From assembly GCF_910592395.1 (NCBI RefSeq), contig NC_088308.1, positions 2,170,001-2,234,000 on the forward strand: a stretch of 64,000 nucleotides of DNA. Direction: 5' to 3'. The notes below the pieces were generated by a model. That model was given only the letters and a program-made list of their open reading frames with translations, searched no databases and was not told the DNA's origin. This document shows, piece by piece, positions 1 to 13,339 of the stretch. The stretch is from Lineus longissimus. Lineage: Eukaryota. A program made the translations under genes and the position numbers. Position 1 is the first letter of the stretch, and the number at the start of each line of letters is the position of its first letter.

Positions 1-1400
1 TATAAGTAAATGGCATTGGGCACCAAAAAACGTGTAGAAAGTGGTCTCTCCAGTCTTAACGTTGGTGTTAATGAAACTTGGTATTAAGTCAAGGGGACAA
101 AGCCAAGTTAATGCCAGCGTTAGTGGCCAGATTTGTTTTGAACGACCAGGCCCTGGACTTGTCATTCTGCTTACAGTCTGTCTTATCAATAAATAATGGG
201 TCATGGAAAGCAGTAAAATTAATTACGAGAGCCAATGGATGTAGTCTCTTTAATTCCACAGTGCTGTTCAATTAAACCTGTCAGCATCAGCTCCCTTTCA
301 AGGTGACTGAAACGATTTTCCAATTGATTCTAATCAATGATGAAAGCATTGACGCATTCCGCCCACTCTACACATTGGGTGATATGAATAAAGTCTAGCA
401 ATTGCTTTTACTTCAGTTTTGTACAGAAAGGCCCAGTGTAAATGTACATGGAGTTTAAGATAAAAGCATTCGCTAGTCTTTATTCATATCACCCAATGTC
501 TCGCCTGTTCTGAGGTGATATTGTTAAAACAATAAAACTACAGTAATCCAATCATGGCGTAGTGCGTAATTCTTCTTTTCTTTAGATGGAAACCAGGGTT
601 TAAGTGTATCTTCATACTTTCTCTTGGGTACCCCAACCGGAAATGTTTTCATGATCAAATTAATGACAAAGATTTGTATTAAAATGATGCCTCGAGAAAC
701 TTGTATCACATTTTTCATTATCGCCACTAACAATGAATATATTTTACATGTAGCAGACTGCCAGAATCATGATCGCATTCCATCTCGGAATAAGGAGTCA
801 GCAAATAAATTTGACATGATGTGAATGTGCCAGGTATGCGGAGGCCAATAATCAGACGGAATTTAATGGATGCTACTTGGTCGCGGAACATGGCTGCTGG
901 TTAATTGATGTGGTCCGCATACAGGTGGGAAGTACAGATAGACATAGACCATTACCTTAAATGGGTCTGTGCTACGACTGGACATTTGTCTATATCGTCC
1001 TTGGCCGCTCAGGAAAGGAAATCATGGAAATTGAGAGAATCTCTGGAAGCGATGAGGTCAACTGAAGTGAGGTGCAATTGGAATGAATGGCAATCAAAAT
1101 GATTGCACCCTTCAGCGTTTCCTGAGGTTTCAGGCCAAACTGAGGAAACATTGAATTCGGAAGTCAAAACATAAATAGAACCTGATCTATTCTTTTCTGT
1201 GACCTTACTTGTCTGTCACGTCCGAGCTGCAATCATGAATCCTGAGTGAGCACCATCGCTAAGAAGCCATACTTACCAATCTGATGGCTTGGCACACTAT
1301 CATTACTTGAGGTGATCAACACCATTAGCTAGAATTAGTCCATCGTGCCTATCTTGGTGGTGAGAGCAATTCTTTATCCATGGCCCTACGACTTGGCTCG
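1..1400 (-). mobile_element. Decayed non-LTR retrotransposon (CR1/L2-like) ORF2 relic: APE endonuclease and linker, running off the window start
   Basis: Minus-strand translation gives degenerate APE motifs in the expected order: VWL..GF..R.DR..GSIYV (~1170-1290), LIASRDSLNF (GDxN-like, ~1030), ADH (SDH-like, ~915), then the linker KTFP...KPWF (ORF 524..733). Many stops and frameshifts. Confidence 0.55.
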
Positions 1401-2399
1401 ACTTGCTTCAAGGATGCCATGGCAGGAGTAGACCAACTCATGCCTGTTCTGCTTTAGAACCAGACATCAGCTTTAAACCAGTAAACCAATATCAAACAAG
1501 TGATAGCAGCATTTTATTCTGTTAACTCATGTTGGTATTAGTCATTTTGGACTGCACGGATAGGACTAAGGAAATGCAGTTCATGATACGCATTCATCAA
1601 AGCCGTTGGTCTAGTGCCTGGAATGACAGCCAATCATAATGACAGCTACTTTTCAGATGAGCTTACATCTACGTTACATTTATCACAAGTTACAGCCAGA
1701 AAGGAGCAACACTGATAGCATGGTTGTCTTGGCAAGCTTCAAGACATAGCAGCGCCTGCCTAATAAACTTATTGCCCTCGAGGGCCATTGTAAAGGGAAT
1801 CAACGGAGAAATATATCATGTTGTAAGTTACTGAGTGAACCCTAATATGTAAGGAATGATGTGTGAATGACCTGGAACCTGAGTCTTCCTCAAGGTTGGA
1901 TGTCACGAAGGCTCATCAAATGTACCGTTACTGACCACGTAGACTTGTCAGAACTCCATCTTATTCAGACTCGGTGCCATTAAATTTTATGACAATCTAA
2001 AGATGGTGTCAGTTTCCATTGTACTTGGATTGTAGTTGAATGTCTCGCTTGTAAATAGCTTATTAGTAGAGCCAGAACAATCTCCTGCAGAACCTTCATA
2101 TTTACTTTTGTGTTGCAATGACAGGACATTGACTTGTAACTTCTTTAATGAACTAATGATGAAAGGAACTTGAAAATAGATGACATTTACATGTTGTTTC
2201 TGGGTGTGTTGTCCTCCTTTGTTACAACACATGCCCACATGAAAGCTGACATATCTTTTCTGAATGAGATCTCTCAAAGATTTTGGTCACCTTCTTCGAC
2301 ACATTTGTTTCTCTGCTCTTTCATTTGCCTTCTTCTTTCTACAGCATTTACTCAACTGGCACTGTGATCACTGTTTCTTGATAGGCCAAGAACGACCAG

Positions 2400-3830
2400 G
2401 GTTCCATCTCTAGTGTGAGTTTGAGGGTACAGCTTTACATCAAATCATACATTTTACTTCTTTTGGGGGATTTAGCTTGCCTAGCTGGCATCTACTTCGA
2501 GATCCAAAGTATCGCTTTGCAATCATCCAGAGAGTACATGCATTCTCACAAGGGAACATGATCCTTAAAACATTTAAAAGGTGGGATCCTGTACCATATG
2601 CCTTAAACTGGCAACCACTGGTTTCCTCATCAAACTATACTGAGGTTTTAAAGATAGGAAAAAGAAACTTCCTTAATTTTACTCTTCAACATTATCATCA
2701 CCTTCATAGGCTCCGAGACCGCAAGTTCCTTTGACGAGCTCTCCTAACAAGCTAAGTCTCCAAGACTGCCTTTTATAAAGATGCGGATTGGACATAAGAT
2801 GGGTAAGATGAAACACCTTGGGCATTGCTTGCTTCAAAAACTTCCATAGTGACAATATGGTACTTGGCCAGTTACTTAATAAGCGCATAAAGCCAGCAGT
2901 GGCCTACTTGGCCGGATGCAGTTCTAAATCCCTCAACATGGTCCAATTACGTTGACAAAGACACTGCTTTGATTTTGTCAATCCCCACAGGTGCTGACGA
3001 CGAAACATGCTTCTAAACCATGCAGATCTTTGAAGTCTGCTAATCGGAAGGGGACAAATTGGTTAGCGTGAAACAATGCCAATAATCACCCCCTTATTCT
3101 TTCCTGGAGCACTCAGTTTGATGTTGACCTGTTTCAAGGGGCACAAAGGCCCCTGACAGCAAGGTCATGCCAGTGATGATCTGAAATTTCCGGGGGTTGC
3201 ATTCCTTAGGGACAAGTGGTCTAATGACAAGTCCACTTCAGGATGGGATGCTGACGAGAGCCTCCAAAGGGGCGAAGGCAAACTTCCCTGATTAGCAGCC
3301 ATTTGATGTTGACCTGTGTACGAGGGTTCTAAAGGGCTCTCATTTGTCGGGTCATGTAGTGTGAATGTGCTAAATGGGGAGAGCGATGTGCTCAATTGGT
3401 ACTGATCAGCCTCGGGGACAGGTGATCTTGGGCAGTGGGTTGGTGTCCGTGCCATGCCCACCAGGATATGCACCAATATGAATGGAAAGTTTCCAATATG
3501 GATGGTGTGACTTGGCTGTGTTTCGGCGCAATATGATCAAAGTTTGCTTGGGTTTTCTGGTCTGTCGTCATCATCAACAGGACAAAGAGGACACAAAAAT
3601 GCCTGAAAATTTCTGTTTAACTTTTTCGTATGTGCTTCTATCTCTGTCGATAATGTTGCAAATGATAGGCAGTGCACCATTAACCTTCTCAGTGTCATTC
3701 TCATCAAATAGGAGTATCCTATAATGTTTGTGGGTGATGTCGCACTATTTCCTTGGATTCAGTGCTGCCGTCACAAACCGTGGAACCTTCTATCAACACC
3801 AGTTGTCCTGCGTGCAGCGTCATTCCCTGA
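2400..3830 (-). mobile_element. Very decayed Gypsy-like LTR retroelement relic (gag-like and RT-RNaseH junction fragments)
   Basis: Minus strand has DRSTYEKVKQKF (gag-like, ~3610-3645), PVGIDKIKAV (~2960-2990) and GTCGLGAY (DASxxGLGA-like, ~2705-2730) in gag-pol order. Similarity is weak. Confidence 0.3.
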
Positions 3831-4199
3831 AAACATAACCAAGACCAAATATAAACTATTGATACATAAAAGAAGTGTCATGAAGGCCAACCATGATAAT
3901 ATCATGTCCATTTCAGCACTTTGGGAAGATTTACCTCAGCATTACTGTGGCTAGAAGAAAGAGATTAGGCCTTTAGCTATTGCTTAGAGAAGGTCAGTGA
4001 TCTGTGATTATTGCCAGCCTAAAAGTATACTAACCAAGGCAAGTGAAAAAATCATCTAGAAAGGAATGATAAGCTGACATTAGCCATTGCCCTTACTAAG
4101 TAGGATTACAAAGCAAAGATGAACTGTACTATTTTCGTGAGTGACATGCATTTGGCGTCACATGTTGCACTTTGGGTGTCTACGTTACTTTAAGATATC

Positions 4200-6560
4200 A
4201 AAGAGAGGGGTCTATTATTGCAAGATCAAGATTTCATGGATGATTCTTTTGAGAGGAAAAAGCCAATTATTGAAAGCTTTGATTTTGCACTTATAGTAAT
4301 GGCAGTCGAAATGACTGACATAAGTCGCACCACAATTTTTATAAATCTAACGGAATTCTCTATTTTACTTTCAAATTACCATCTCTACTCGTTCAGTCAG
4401 AGGAGGGGGTCCATCAAGCCGCTCATGTTTCTCATCAGGACTTGATCTTTTGTTTGGATGGGGTCCTTTCTTTGCCCTGGCAGGGACACCAGGTATAATG
4501 AGCTTGGTTTTATACCTTATAAGGACTGAGTTTTTTGCAAGTCCAAATATTTTTTTCACTTGATTTTTTTCTGCTCAAAATGAAGAAACATCACCACTCC
4601 CCAAACTTTTTTGACTTTGAAAATTTTTCAAAATTTTGACTTTTTTTTCTGCTAACCCTTACCCTAACCCTGAAAAAATTTCTAAGTCCAAAAATTTTTT
4701 TCACTGTTTTTTTTGTTTTCTGCTTAAAATAAACCAACATCATCAGTCCCAAAACTTTTTGGACTTTGAAAATTTTTCAAAATTTTGAACTGACTTAAAG
4801 TTGAAAAAATTTCGAAGTCCAAAAATTTTGTTTTGCTTGTAAATCTCAATTCACCATGGTAGATCATCATTTCACCATGTTCACCATGGTGAATTGGGAT
4901 TCATTTTCGTAAGGGTGAGACGTTTTGATCCTTCTAAAGAGTCCGACCCACAACCTGCCGAATATGGGTTCAACACTCTAACAAAAGGCCTCTGGTATCT
5001 CCTGATATTGTGTTATCATAATGCAGAGAATGTTTTTTTGATACAACAAAGGTATTGTGTTCTGCAGACATATGAAATATGCCTCAAGGAAAGAATATCA
5101 GAAACAAAGAACTAACTGATGTGACAAAAGTTCTTGTAAAAACAACAACGAACAATAGTGATCCTGGTGTAAGATTTCCACTACTAAGTCTTGACACTAA
5201 GTGCCCTGATCGACCGCTTTCTTATAACACTGGACAGGACTGATCAGAAATCTCTTCAGGTAATCTTTGATCCGTCTATAGGACGTATCATCTCAAATGA
5301 CAGTCATTGATACGGCCCCGAAAGCTCTAAGTTAATTTACTTGTGATGGTATACTGCTTTGACCTTTCCGAGTGTCAGTCCTGTCTGGAGAAGAGGACGA
5401 AAACTCTAGAGATCAACGCTGGAAAAAAGGCAGACGCCCGTGGCTTCGCGTTAAAATGGAAATTCTGTTCTTGAATTTACTATTGAAGCCAGATTAGTTG
5501 ATGTACTTTATCATTTGCTGGAAATAGAAATAAACGGGGTATTTCTGTAGTAAATGAGGCACGCCTATGCAATTAAACTTGGCATCTGTATCCATTTTTT
5601 TATCAGTGCACACAGCAGTACTGTACTTCTAAAATATCTATTTAGAATTAGAAGATTTCAAATATAGTTTAAATTTTGAACAAATCAACCGTGACTTTAA
5701 GTGTTGTACAAGGATGGATGACAGATGTCCGTCATCACTTAGCTTGGAAAACTCTGACAATAAAGTTTGATTCGATTTTCAAGGTTGTCGCCAGTCGACC
5801 ATGATTATTGTTGCAGCCCTCGAGGAGTTGATTAAATGGTGGAGTAAGAACAGGTTTTCTGCATGCAGCATGCTAGGGACGGTCATCCTCTGCCTCCATG
5901 ATGTAAAATCATTTGGCAGAAATCTATTTCTGGTATCAAATCTGACCTATTCATGGTTTGAGTTGAAATATGAAACAATTCTTGGCTTCGTTGAAGTCAA
6001 CATCAGCTTAAAACATCTCAATTTGAAGGGCAGACACCAGACATATCGAGGAAAAAGAGGCGTTTCGTTCTTTGTGTCTTCTCCCACTTTTTATTCAAGA
6101 TTTCCTTTGAAGCTTCAGCCTACAGTGTCTTCGGGTGAGGTGACTCAGTAAGGATACCGTTCTAAAACAGGCTTTACCTTTTTTAGGCTGTTTGGATCTA
6201 AACTCCCAATTCAGTGACCACCAATCTGCCTTTCGTTGGCATTGGGCATAAATAAGTCAGTTATTTGAGCCAGAGAATCTCACATATTGCTGCAAATTTA
6301 TGCACTCTTATTTGTATGATTCATTGAGAGTTCACAGACACTGACAACCTTGAGTTCTTCAAGTGCTGAACACTTGAAAACTTCTGACAGACATCCGCAA
6401 GATTGCAATCAGGAATTGACAAGTCCTTGAAATGCTTCTACTGGCATTGATCATGAATTTTAAGCCGGGATCAAGTTGAAATGAGGCAAAGGACAACTTC
6501 ATGATCTAAAGCTGGCAGCAAGGTTAACTGCTGCCTGAGAAAGGTTTTGTCAACATATTG
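4200..6560 (+). mobile_element. Decayed CR1/L2-like LINE ORF2 relic, interrupted by the 4.5-4.9 kb repeat and probably by a ~5150-5420 insertion
   Basis: Plus strand has FDPSKESDP (KAxGPD-like, ~4925), TKVLVK (~5125), VVQG (GVPQG-like, ~5703), and ALEELIKWWSKN...TILGFVEVNISLKH (ORF 5801..6151), typical of the post-RT region. Confidence 0.45.
4539..4896. repeat. AT-rich ~130-145 bp tandem units (~2.3 copies) with a telomere-like CTAACCCTTACCCTAACCC insert and a terminal hairpin
   Basis: AAGTCCAAA unit starts at 4539, 4684 and 4815, and CCAAACTTT..GACTTTGAAAATTTTTCAAAATTTTGA-type core occurs twice. CCCTAA-like motif at 4652-4671. Inverted repeat CAATTCACCATGGT (4847-4860) / ACCATGGTGAATTG (4883-4896). 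Confidence 0.85.
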
Positions 6561-7379
6561 TTTCAGTCAGCCTAGAAGGCCGAGTTTACAGGATTCACTT
6601 TGTCACTTGTCACTGTAGACTGGTCGCATGCGACTTGTCACAAGCATCTTTGTAAACTGACTTAGGGTCGAAAACATGACATGACACGAAGTGAGGGTGA
6701 AGAGTGACATCGTGATTCCTATGCAGCCAACTCTTGGGAAGTAACTTGTTTGTTCTTCATGTGACAGATTACAAGTGACAGGGTGAACTCTTTAAAAACA
6801 AACCAAAGAAGAGGAAATGAGTTGTAGCATGTTCCAGCACTCTTTTTCACGAGAGATATTCTGAGAAGATTGATATTTTAAAGACCATTATTTCAATTTT
6901 TTAAGAAGCTTTTCCAACATTTTCCAACCCAGACTGAAGTCAAAATGATTTTATTTGAAAAATGCAACTGGACCCGTATTGTCTATGTTCGAGGTGTTGA
7001 TTATTGTTTCATGTACCCGGAAGCTACTAGAAAGGGCAAAACTTGACATTAAAAATTGTAATCCCTCAGGTGAGATATCGGCATCCCTTTTGAAGCTTCC
7101 TTTCCTTTCTGCTTCCCGGCTAAAAACCTCGCCCTTTTGAAATCCCCGGGAACAGAAAGACTCCATATCATATTCTATTTTAAAGTAGGAGCATTGGCAA
7201 GATAGAGGTATCTAAAAAATCAATCTGAAATGAAATTGAAATGGGAAGTCCTGTCCAAAAACAATATAAAACTTTATAGAAAATAAATATTACAAGTTAT
7301 GGCAAAACAAAATGTCTCAGCAGGCAACAAACTGTTTGTTTGACAAATCATGATAAAACAAACCAAACAAACCCAAAAT

Positions 7380-9775
7380 ACAGAAATAAGTCATCAAATC
7401 TTTTTGCTCTGGATTTCATTTTGAGATGACTCCTTTCTTACTTTAGTGCAAGAAGTGTGAAATCCCATCCCCCTACACTAATGCAATACCCTTGCAAGGT
7501 GATTCCCATTGTGAAACCAAACCCTTCTGTCCTATCCCATTAGCATCAAATGAACTTGCACAGGTGATCCTAGACAAATCAATATCTCCAAGGACATCAG
7601 CATCCGCCACGACCTTGGAAACATCGTCTGATTATCAGAAAAAACATGCCTCGAGTACATGACAAGGTTACTAACAGTGACGTTGTGCATTCTCCCTGCG
7701 GATTGCTCAACCTTGCGTCTTTGTCTTCTCTGTAGGAGATGAGGAAAAACATCTTGATTGCAAGGGACGAGTTGTCAATCTGTCAGTCAGTGCTCTTGCA
7801 TTCGATACTGCACCAGTACTCTACCAGTCACCAATGGGAATTTCTTTCGACTGGTAAGGTTACCAACAGTGATGTGGCCTTCAGCTAAGATTAGTGCATT
7901 CTCCCTTCAGATTGCTCAACCTTGCATTATATCTTCTCTGAAGGCGATATGGAAAACATCTTGGCTGCGAGGGACAGGTTTTCGATCATAAAGTTGAGTT
8001 AGGTTTTCTTTTATTTAACCAACTGAGCCATATAGTTTGAGCAGGGCTCTTGCTGTACCAGTCGCCCTTGGGTACTTCTTACAAATTGGTGTCTAAGCCC
8101 CTCTCCTCCCACTGGGTATGAACTTTTCTTGGGCATAGCTGGAGCTAGTAGAATTTGATTAGAAAGATGCCTGAACCAATACACCGCAGCGCATCACAGG
8201 ACGACTCCGATATAAACTTGTATGATACTACTGGCTCTTCCCTCTTTATAACAGGATACTCTACGCACCTGTGTACTGTCTTCCGAGCCGCAGACCCTTG
8301 ATTGACAGCTGCATCAGCCAGCCAGCCAATTCCATTGCTTAACCTTGATTAGGCTGTTCCTTAAGACCCTCGAAAAAACATCGGAGCAGCATGATGAGCT
8401 TGCAAACAATGCTGTGTGATTGGTTTGGGTACAATAGGTACGTCCTTTACCTGATTACCGTCCCTTGAGTTCGTTCATCCTTGGTCGTTTATGATGGTAA
8501 AAAACAGCAAGGAGCGGGTGGAGGGGATGTGACATTGTTGGGAACATGAGCGTATCATCTGATTAAGGATAAGATGGGCGGTGGGCATGTTATCCTTCTT
8601 TGAGTGAGACACCTGAAATGACGTTGGTATAGAGTCAGACCTTAAATGACTGTATTGCAAAAGAGTTCTGAAGGTTCTTTGGCGAATCTGCATCATGAAA
8701 GATCATCAAACAGGCATGTTTTTGATTATTTTTGTACCTCTTTGACCACAGTCTATGGGCAAATTGATATCCATCTGATTATTAGAGAAAACTAGTAGGG
8801 TGCGCATTGACCCAGAGGATATGACTGTCAAAAGATCATAAAACAGGCATGTTTTTTATTATTTTTGTACCTCTTTGACGACAGTCTACAGGCAAATTGA
8901 TATCCATCTGATTATCAGAGAAAACTAGTAGGGTGCGCATTGGGTGTAACCAGAGGATATGACTGTCAAAAATGTCAAAGCATTGGCGTCTGGTGGGAAT
9001 CCCTTTGGGCCTTCTGTGTCTGCGTCAGCTACTTTTGAAATAAGTTCGAGGCGCAGGTAAAGTGTACCAAGAGACTACTCAAAGGAACCAAGGATGTTCC
9101 ACCTCTGTGATAGCATTTGTGTCTGCTGAAGATATGAAAAAGTGCAAGATAAGGTGACAGGTAAAGGTATCTTATTGGTACATGTAGGTGATCAGAATGA
9201 GACTGGCTAAAGGACCACGAACTTCATGCACCAGAGTGTTATTGTGACACCAATTTATGTTAACAAAGTGACAAGTTTGTGATAGCCTCATCCACTGGTG
9301 ACAAGGCAAAGCTGGTTGATGGGGAATCTGAGATTTGCCAAATTCACATTCCGAAATAGTTTATTGAGTTTACATATTTTGTGCATCCACTCAGCAATAA
9401 TTCGAGTGGTAAACTCTATACGCGCACACAATAATCTTTAGCAACCCCATTCAGTCTTCTTATTCATTTCAAAAGGTATAAAGCTCTGATATCAATCCAC
9501 ACCCACGTTTTGCTAATTGGTAGAAAAAGTTAGCTCAGAAATACAGTCATAAAAACCCTTTCTTAGGAAATAATACACTCGGTATCCACCTTGTCATAAC
9601 CATATCTTTGCGCAACCTTGAATGTCTGCCAACGCCATCGAACAAAAAGAGACCGAGGTTACGCCACACGGATGCAACGAGCGGAAGGTTGATTGAGAGG
9701 TATTGTCGGCAAGTCTGTTATTGGAGACAACCTCATTCGATGCACGACCTTGAAGTTTTGTCTGATTGCTTGGAG
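7380..9775 (-). mobile_element. Decayed near full-length LINE ORF2 relic (APE + RT, CR1/L2-like)
   Basis: Minus-strand motifs in order: IQG..QGGYRVYYFLRK (~9560-9625), KIIVCAYR (~9420-9440), SHSDH (~9190), HPWF (~9090), LNQMIRSCSQQ..LFFTII..G (ORF 8475..8696), KLIMLL..FFE (RPISLL-like, ~8370-8405), EVPKG (GVPQG-like, ~8070), YCISVGG (~7470-7490). Confidence 0.65.
8698..8969. repeat. Tandem duplication, 2 x ~133-139 bp, high identity
   Basis: AAAGATCAT..AAACAGGCATG...GGGTGCGCATTG...CCAGAGGATATGACTGTCA appears at 8698-8830 and 8831-8969. Confidence 0.95.
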
Positions 9776-10920
9776 AACTATAAGAGGATTTAAGATTGCT
9801 TGGGTGAAATTACAGGAACGAGAGAATTATTGATGCTTTTTGGAGAAGATAGGCATAACTACTGCTTGTATTGGCACCAATGAAACTTAGACATTGGTTA
9901 AACATTAAAAGGCACTGCTGGAAGGCATCCTGTGTGACAGTGACAAAGCTTAAGCTGATTTGCGGTAATATCACATACATCATAAGTATAACATACATCA
10001 TGCCTTCCTTACATATCTATTGATATATTTTCGATGAATCTGGATTGCAAATAATCAAATTGCAAAAGTGATTTTTTATTGAAAACCTAGAAGAAATTAG
10101 ATAATACACCAAACATGTTTTATCTTAGAAACTTTCATGACTTGCAGAATTAAAGAGGCAAGTGTTAATGGTTTACAGTGTCACATAGGTTATGTCATTA
10201 TGAAGAACTCGTAATATCACTATTGACCAGAAGAAGACGACCTCCCCAACTGAGAGATTTGCATACAAATATTGCTCATGAAACAGCTAGCGCAACATCG
10301 TAGTTGCCGCATGCGTATTCTTGGCTAACCTTGAGCGTCTGCGGCACTAGAGAAAAAAACAGACGACATGATTACGCCACAAGGATGCAACATCAAGCGG
10401 AAGGTTGAGTGAAAGGTATTGTCGGCATTTCTGTTATCTGAGGCAAATTATTTGAATGTGCGACCTTGACGTTTTGTCTGATTGCTGTGAGAAGATTTTT
10501 TATCAGTTGGGTGAAATAGGAAGAAGAATATTATCTATGGTGTTTGGAGAGGGTGGGCGTGACAAATGTTTAAAAAAAAGTGTGCGTTATTTACTATTGA
10601 AAGTGTATCGTTGGTGGAGAAGTGAGCAGCATGGGTCCTATTTGAACTAGTATCACAAATGGCATTATGGAGGAGTTGATCTTTACCAATGCTGATTGGC
10701 TGTACAGGAAGAACTCGACATATCATTATGCCAATTGACTAAAGTAAACGTAGCTATTGTAAATGATTCCACAGCTGCACTTTCTCGGGAAATAAATCAA
10801 TGTTGCATGCTTATCATTTGCTCAATGTTGAGTGTCTGCTAGATTCCCGAAAAAAGCAGAGAGCATGCATGATTACGCCACAAAGATGTAACATCAAGCA
10901 GAAGGTTGAGTGAAAGGTTT
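9614..10920. repeat. Three diverged direct copies of a ~90-165 bp segment (start of the LINE endonuclease region)
   Basis: A TTACGCCACA.GGATGCAAC..GCGGAAGGTTGA.TGA.AGGT-type core lies in copies at ~9614-9775, ~10327-10494 and ~10828-10920. Confidence 0.85.
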
Positions 10921-10972
10921 GTCTCTTCTGAGGCAATTTCTGCTGAACATATTGCTTGATGCTGAATGCATT

Positions 10973-11179
10973 TTAAAGGCCTAGGCCATTCGTCGAAAAT
11001 TTTAAATTGAATTTGAAAATTTCCAATTGTATCAGTGCGTACTGAATATAAATGTCAACATTGCGCTTGGGTATAGACTACAGATGCTATTCCTACCAAG
11101 TTTCAGCAAAGTGGCATGCATGATAACTGACTCAATTTGTGTATATCTATTTTCTAATACAAACGGCATACTCCTTTAA
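10973..11179. mobile_element. Short TTAA-flanked MITE-like element (Kolobok/piggyBac-type non-autonomous)
   Basis: Left end TTAAAGGCCTAGGCCATTCG versus reverse-complemented right end TTAAAGGAGTATGCCGTTTG: 15/20 match including TTAA at both ends. Confidence 0.45.
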
Positions 11180-11760
11180 GAGGCTAACGAGAAGGAATCC
11201 AAATCAACCATACCTAAAGAAGGATCCAAATCCGTGCATCACGATTTTGGAGCTCACTAATTGCCACCTAAGAACGGAGCAAATAATGAGGGCAAGATTT
11301 CTCCACAAGTGAATAGGAGAAAAATCGATAGTCCCAAGGTCATGCTAGTCGCCCTTTTATAGAAAGGATATTACAAGAACATAATCCCTTGCTTCCAAAT
11401 GGCCAAATAAGAAACAGAATTCAACAAAATGGCAAAATGGAGTGCAGGAAAAAATGTGATTTTTCAGAGAAGGGGGATTAGAGGCGATGTTGCCTTTCAT
11501 GCTTTTGGATGGTGAGGAAGAAAAGGTCCATTTGCTGAGACGAGGTTAAGATTATGAGGAGAACTCTTTGGTTCATATTACTGGCCTTTTAAGCTGGACA
11601 AAGAAAAACTGGTCGCTGAGCGTTCCTATGGTTTTTCTTTTTTGCCGAGAGAGGAAATTAGCCTGCAAGGTGCTTCATGGAGTCTGAACTGGTGTCAACA
11701 AAGACAAGAACTGATGATTGAAGAGTGTACATGTCACATGGAAATTGGTTGACATCTGTT

Positions 11761-11888
11761 CACACCAAGTTTTAGCCATCTAGCCCTAGCGGTGACGAAA
11801 CGTGCTCCGTTAACGGATGACGCCGGACGCTGACGGATGATGACGGACACCACGGTATCGTTTAAGCTCCACAGAGGTGAGCTAAAAA
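11761..11888 (-). mobile_element. Helentron-associated non-autonomous element (HINE/DINE-1-like) 5' end, copy A
   Basis: Reverse complement starts TTTTTAGCTCACCTCTGTGGAGCTT (poly-T target, AGCTC...GAGCT short inverted repeat), then a CGTC/GTCC-type microsatellite. It is an inverted homologue of 33015-33126. Confidence 0.65.
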
Positions 11889-13339
11889 TGAAGGTTCTTT
11901 GGTGAAAACATAGTGATTTTGGTTGCTGGAATGTGGCAGTCTCTCAGTTAAATAGCGAACAGTCATCAGGCCGTAATGGTTCCATCTCCAGTCGCAGCAA
12001 CTACACTCGTTTGATGCACAGCGCTTAATTTAATACACAGAAGTTTGAAAAAGGGCTGCAGGCAATAGGGCTGCTGATACAGAGAAAATCAATATTTTCA
12101 AGGTTGTTACGAACATATGCTGTTCAATCCCCTTATGTTGCCCGAGGAAGGGACTCGCACCAATAAACGGTGAATTTCAACTGAAGCAGAAATTGGGTTT
12201 GTGATTTTGATGTCAGGAAGACAGTGTCTCATGCAGATACTGGCGCTGCGCTTTTGGAAATCCGAATCTCGTGCTTTGATGTGCAGGCCCAGTAGATCCT
12301 AGTAAACGAACGCCCTCTCATCAGGCCAGAGTATTAAAAAAGTAGCATAAAAAGATATGACCAGACATGAGATTGCGGGTGCGTAAGTGTGACTTTATTG
12401 ACCTTGATTTACATGAAGGTACAGAACAATTGTTTTAAACCTGTTCTAAAGACAACTGGCCATGCACACAGAGTGACAGGATACACAGATGAAATTATCA
12501 CCTATCGTAATATCAATTTAGCTTCTTAAGTAAGGAAGTGTTGGGACTGGAATAGATCTCAAAAGTGATTCTTCATCTTCTGCTCAAGTATCCCCCTACT
12601 GCCTCCTGAGAAAAAATGAACATCTCAATGAAATTATTAGCACGTAATATTAATTTCGCTCTTTTGGTGAGGCAGTATGCTGGAAGTCAATAGAGGCACC
12701 TCCCTGGGGAAGAATGCTACCAAGGCATCCTGGTGTCAAGACACTTCATGCCTTTGGGCACCAAGTATCCTCTTCTCCACTGAGGGATGAGATCCAATAT
12801 GCGTTATATTCTAATATAACCTTGCCTTGGGCTGCCTACATTGCCAGCTCATTTGATGACGGCATGCAATATTTGTCCATGTATCGTTTTGTGTGCATCA
12901 ACTCAAATTGCAATTTTTCGGTAAAAGATCTTCCCTGTGATGTGATGCAGCTGTGTACTGGCCAGAAAAACAAACCGCGCATCGGAAAAATACTGCACCC
13001 ATGATCTAATGAGAAAATGATTCTGTCTTAAAGTGTGTACTACTTTATTTCATGTAACTTGACTTGTAACTATTGACAAATATTCAATTGTGACATGCAG
13101 TTTTTTCAGAAGTCAAGTAGCTGAAAGATTTCAGTCCTTTCTATCACACTGATACAAAGACAGAATCAATACAATGAATTCAACTCAGCACCATTGTTGG
13201 ATAAAAGCAAACGATTCTATGATTCACACAAATTTTCTTGACACAATTGATTTTGCCGTCAATCCACGTTGCCAAATTGTAAAAATTTAGCTTCGTCTTT
13301 GATCCGATACTGATACGATGTACTTATGTAGAAAACCAT

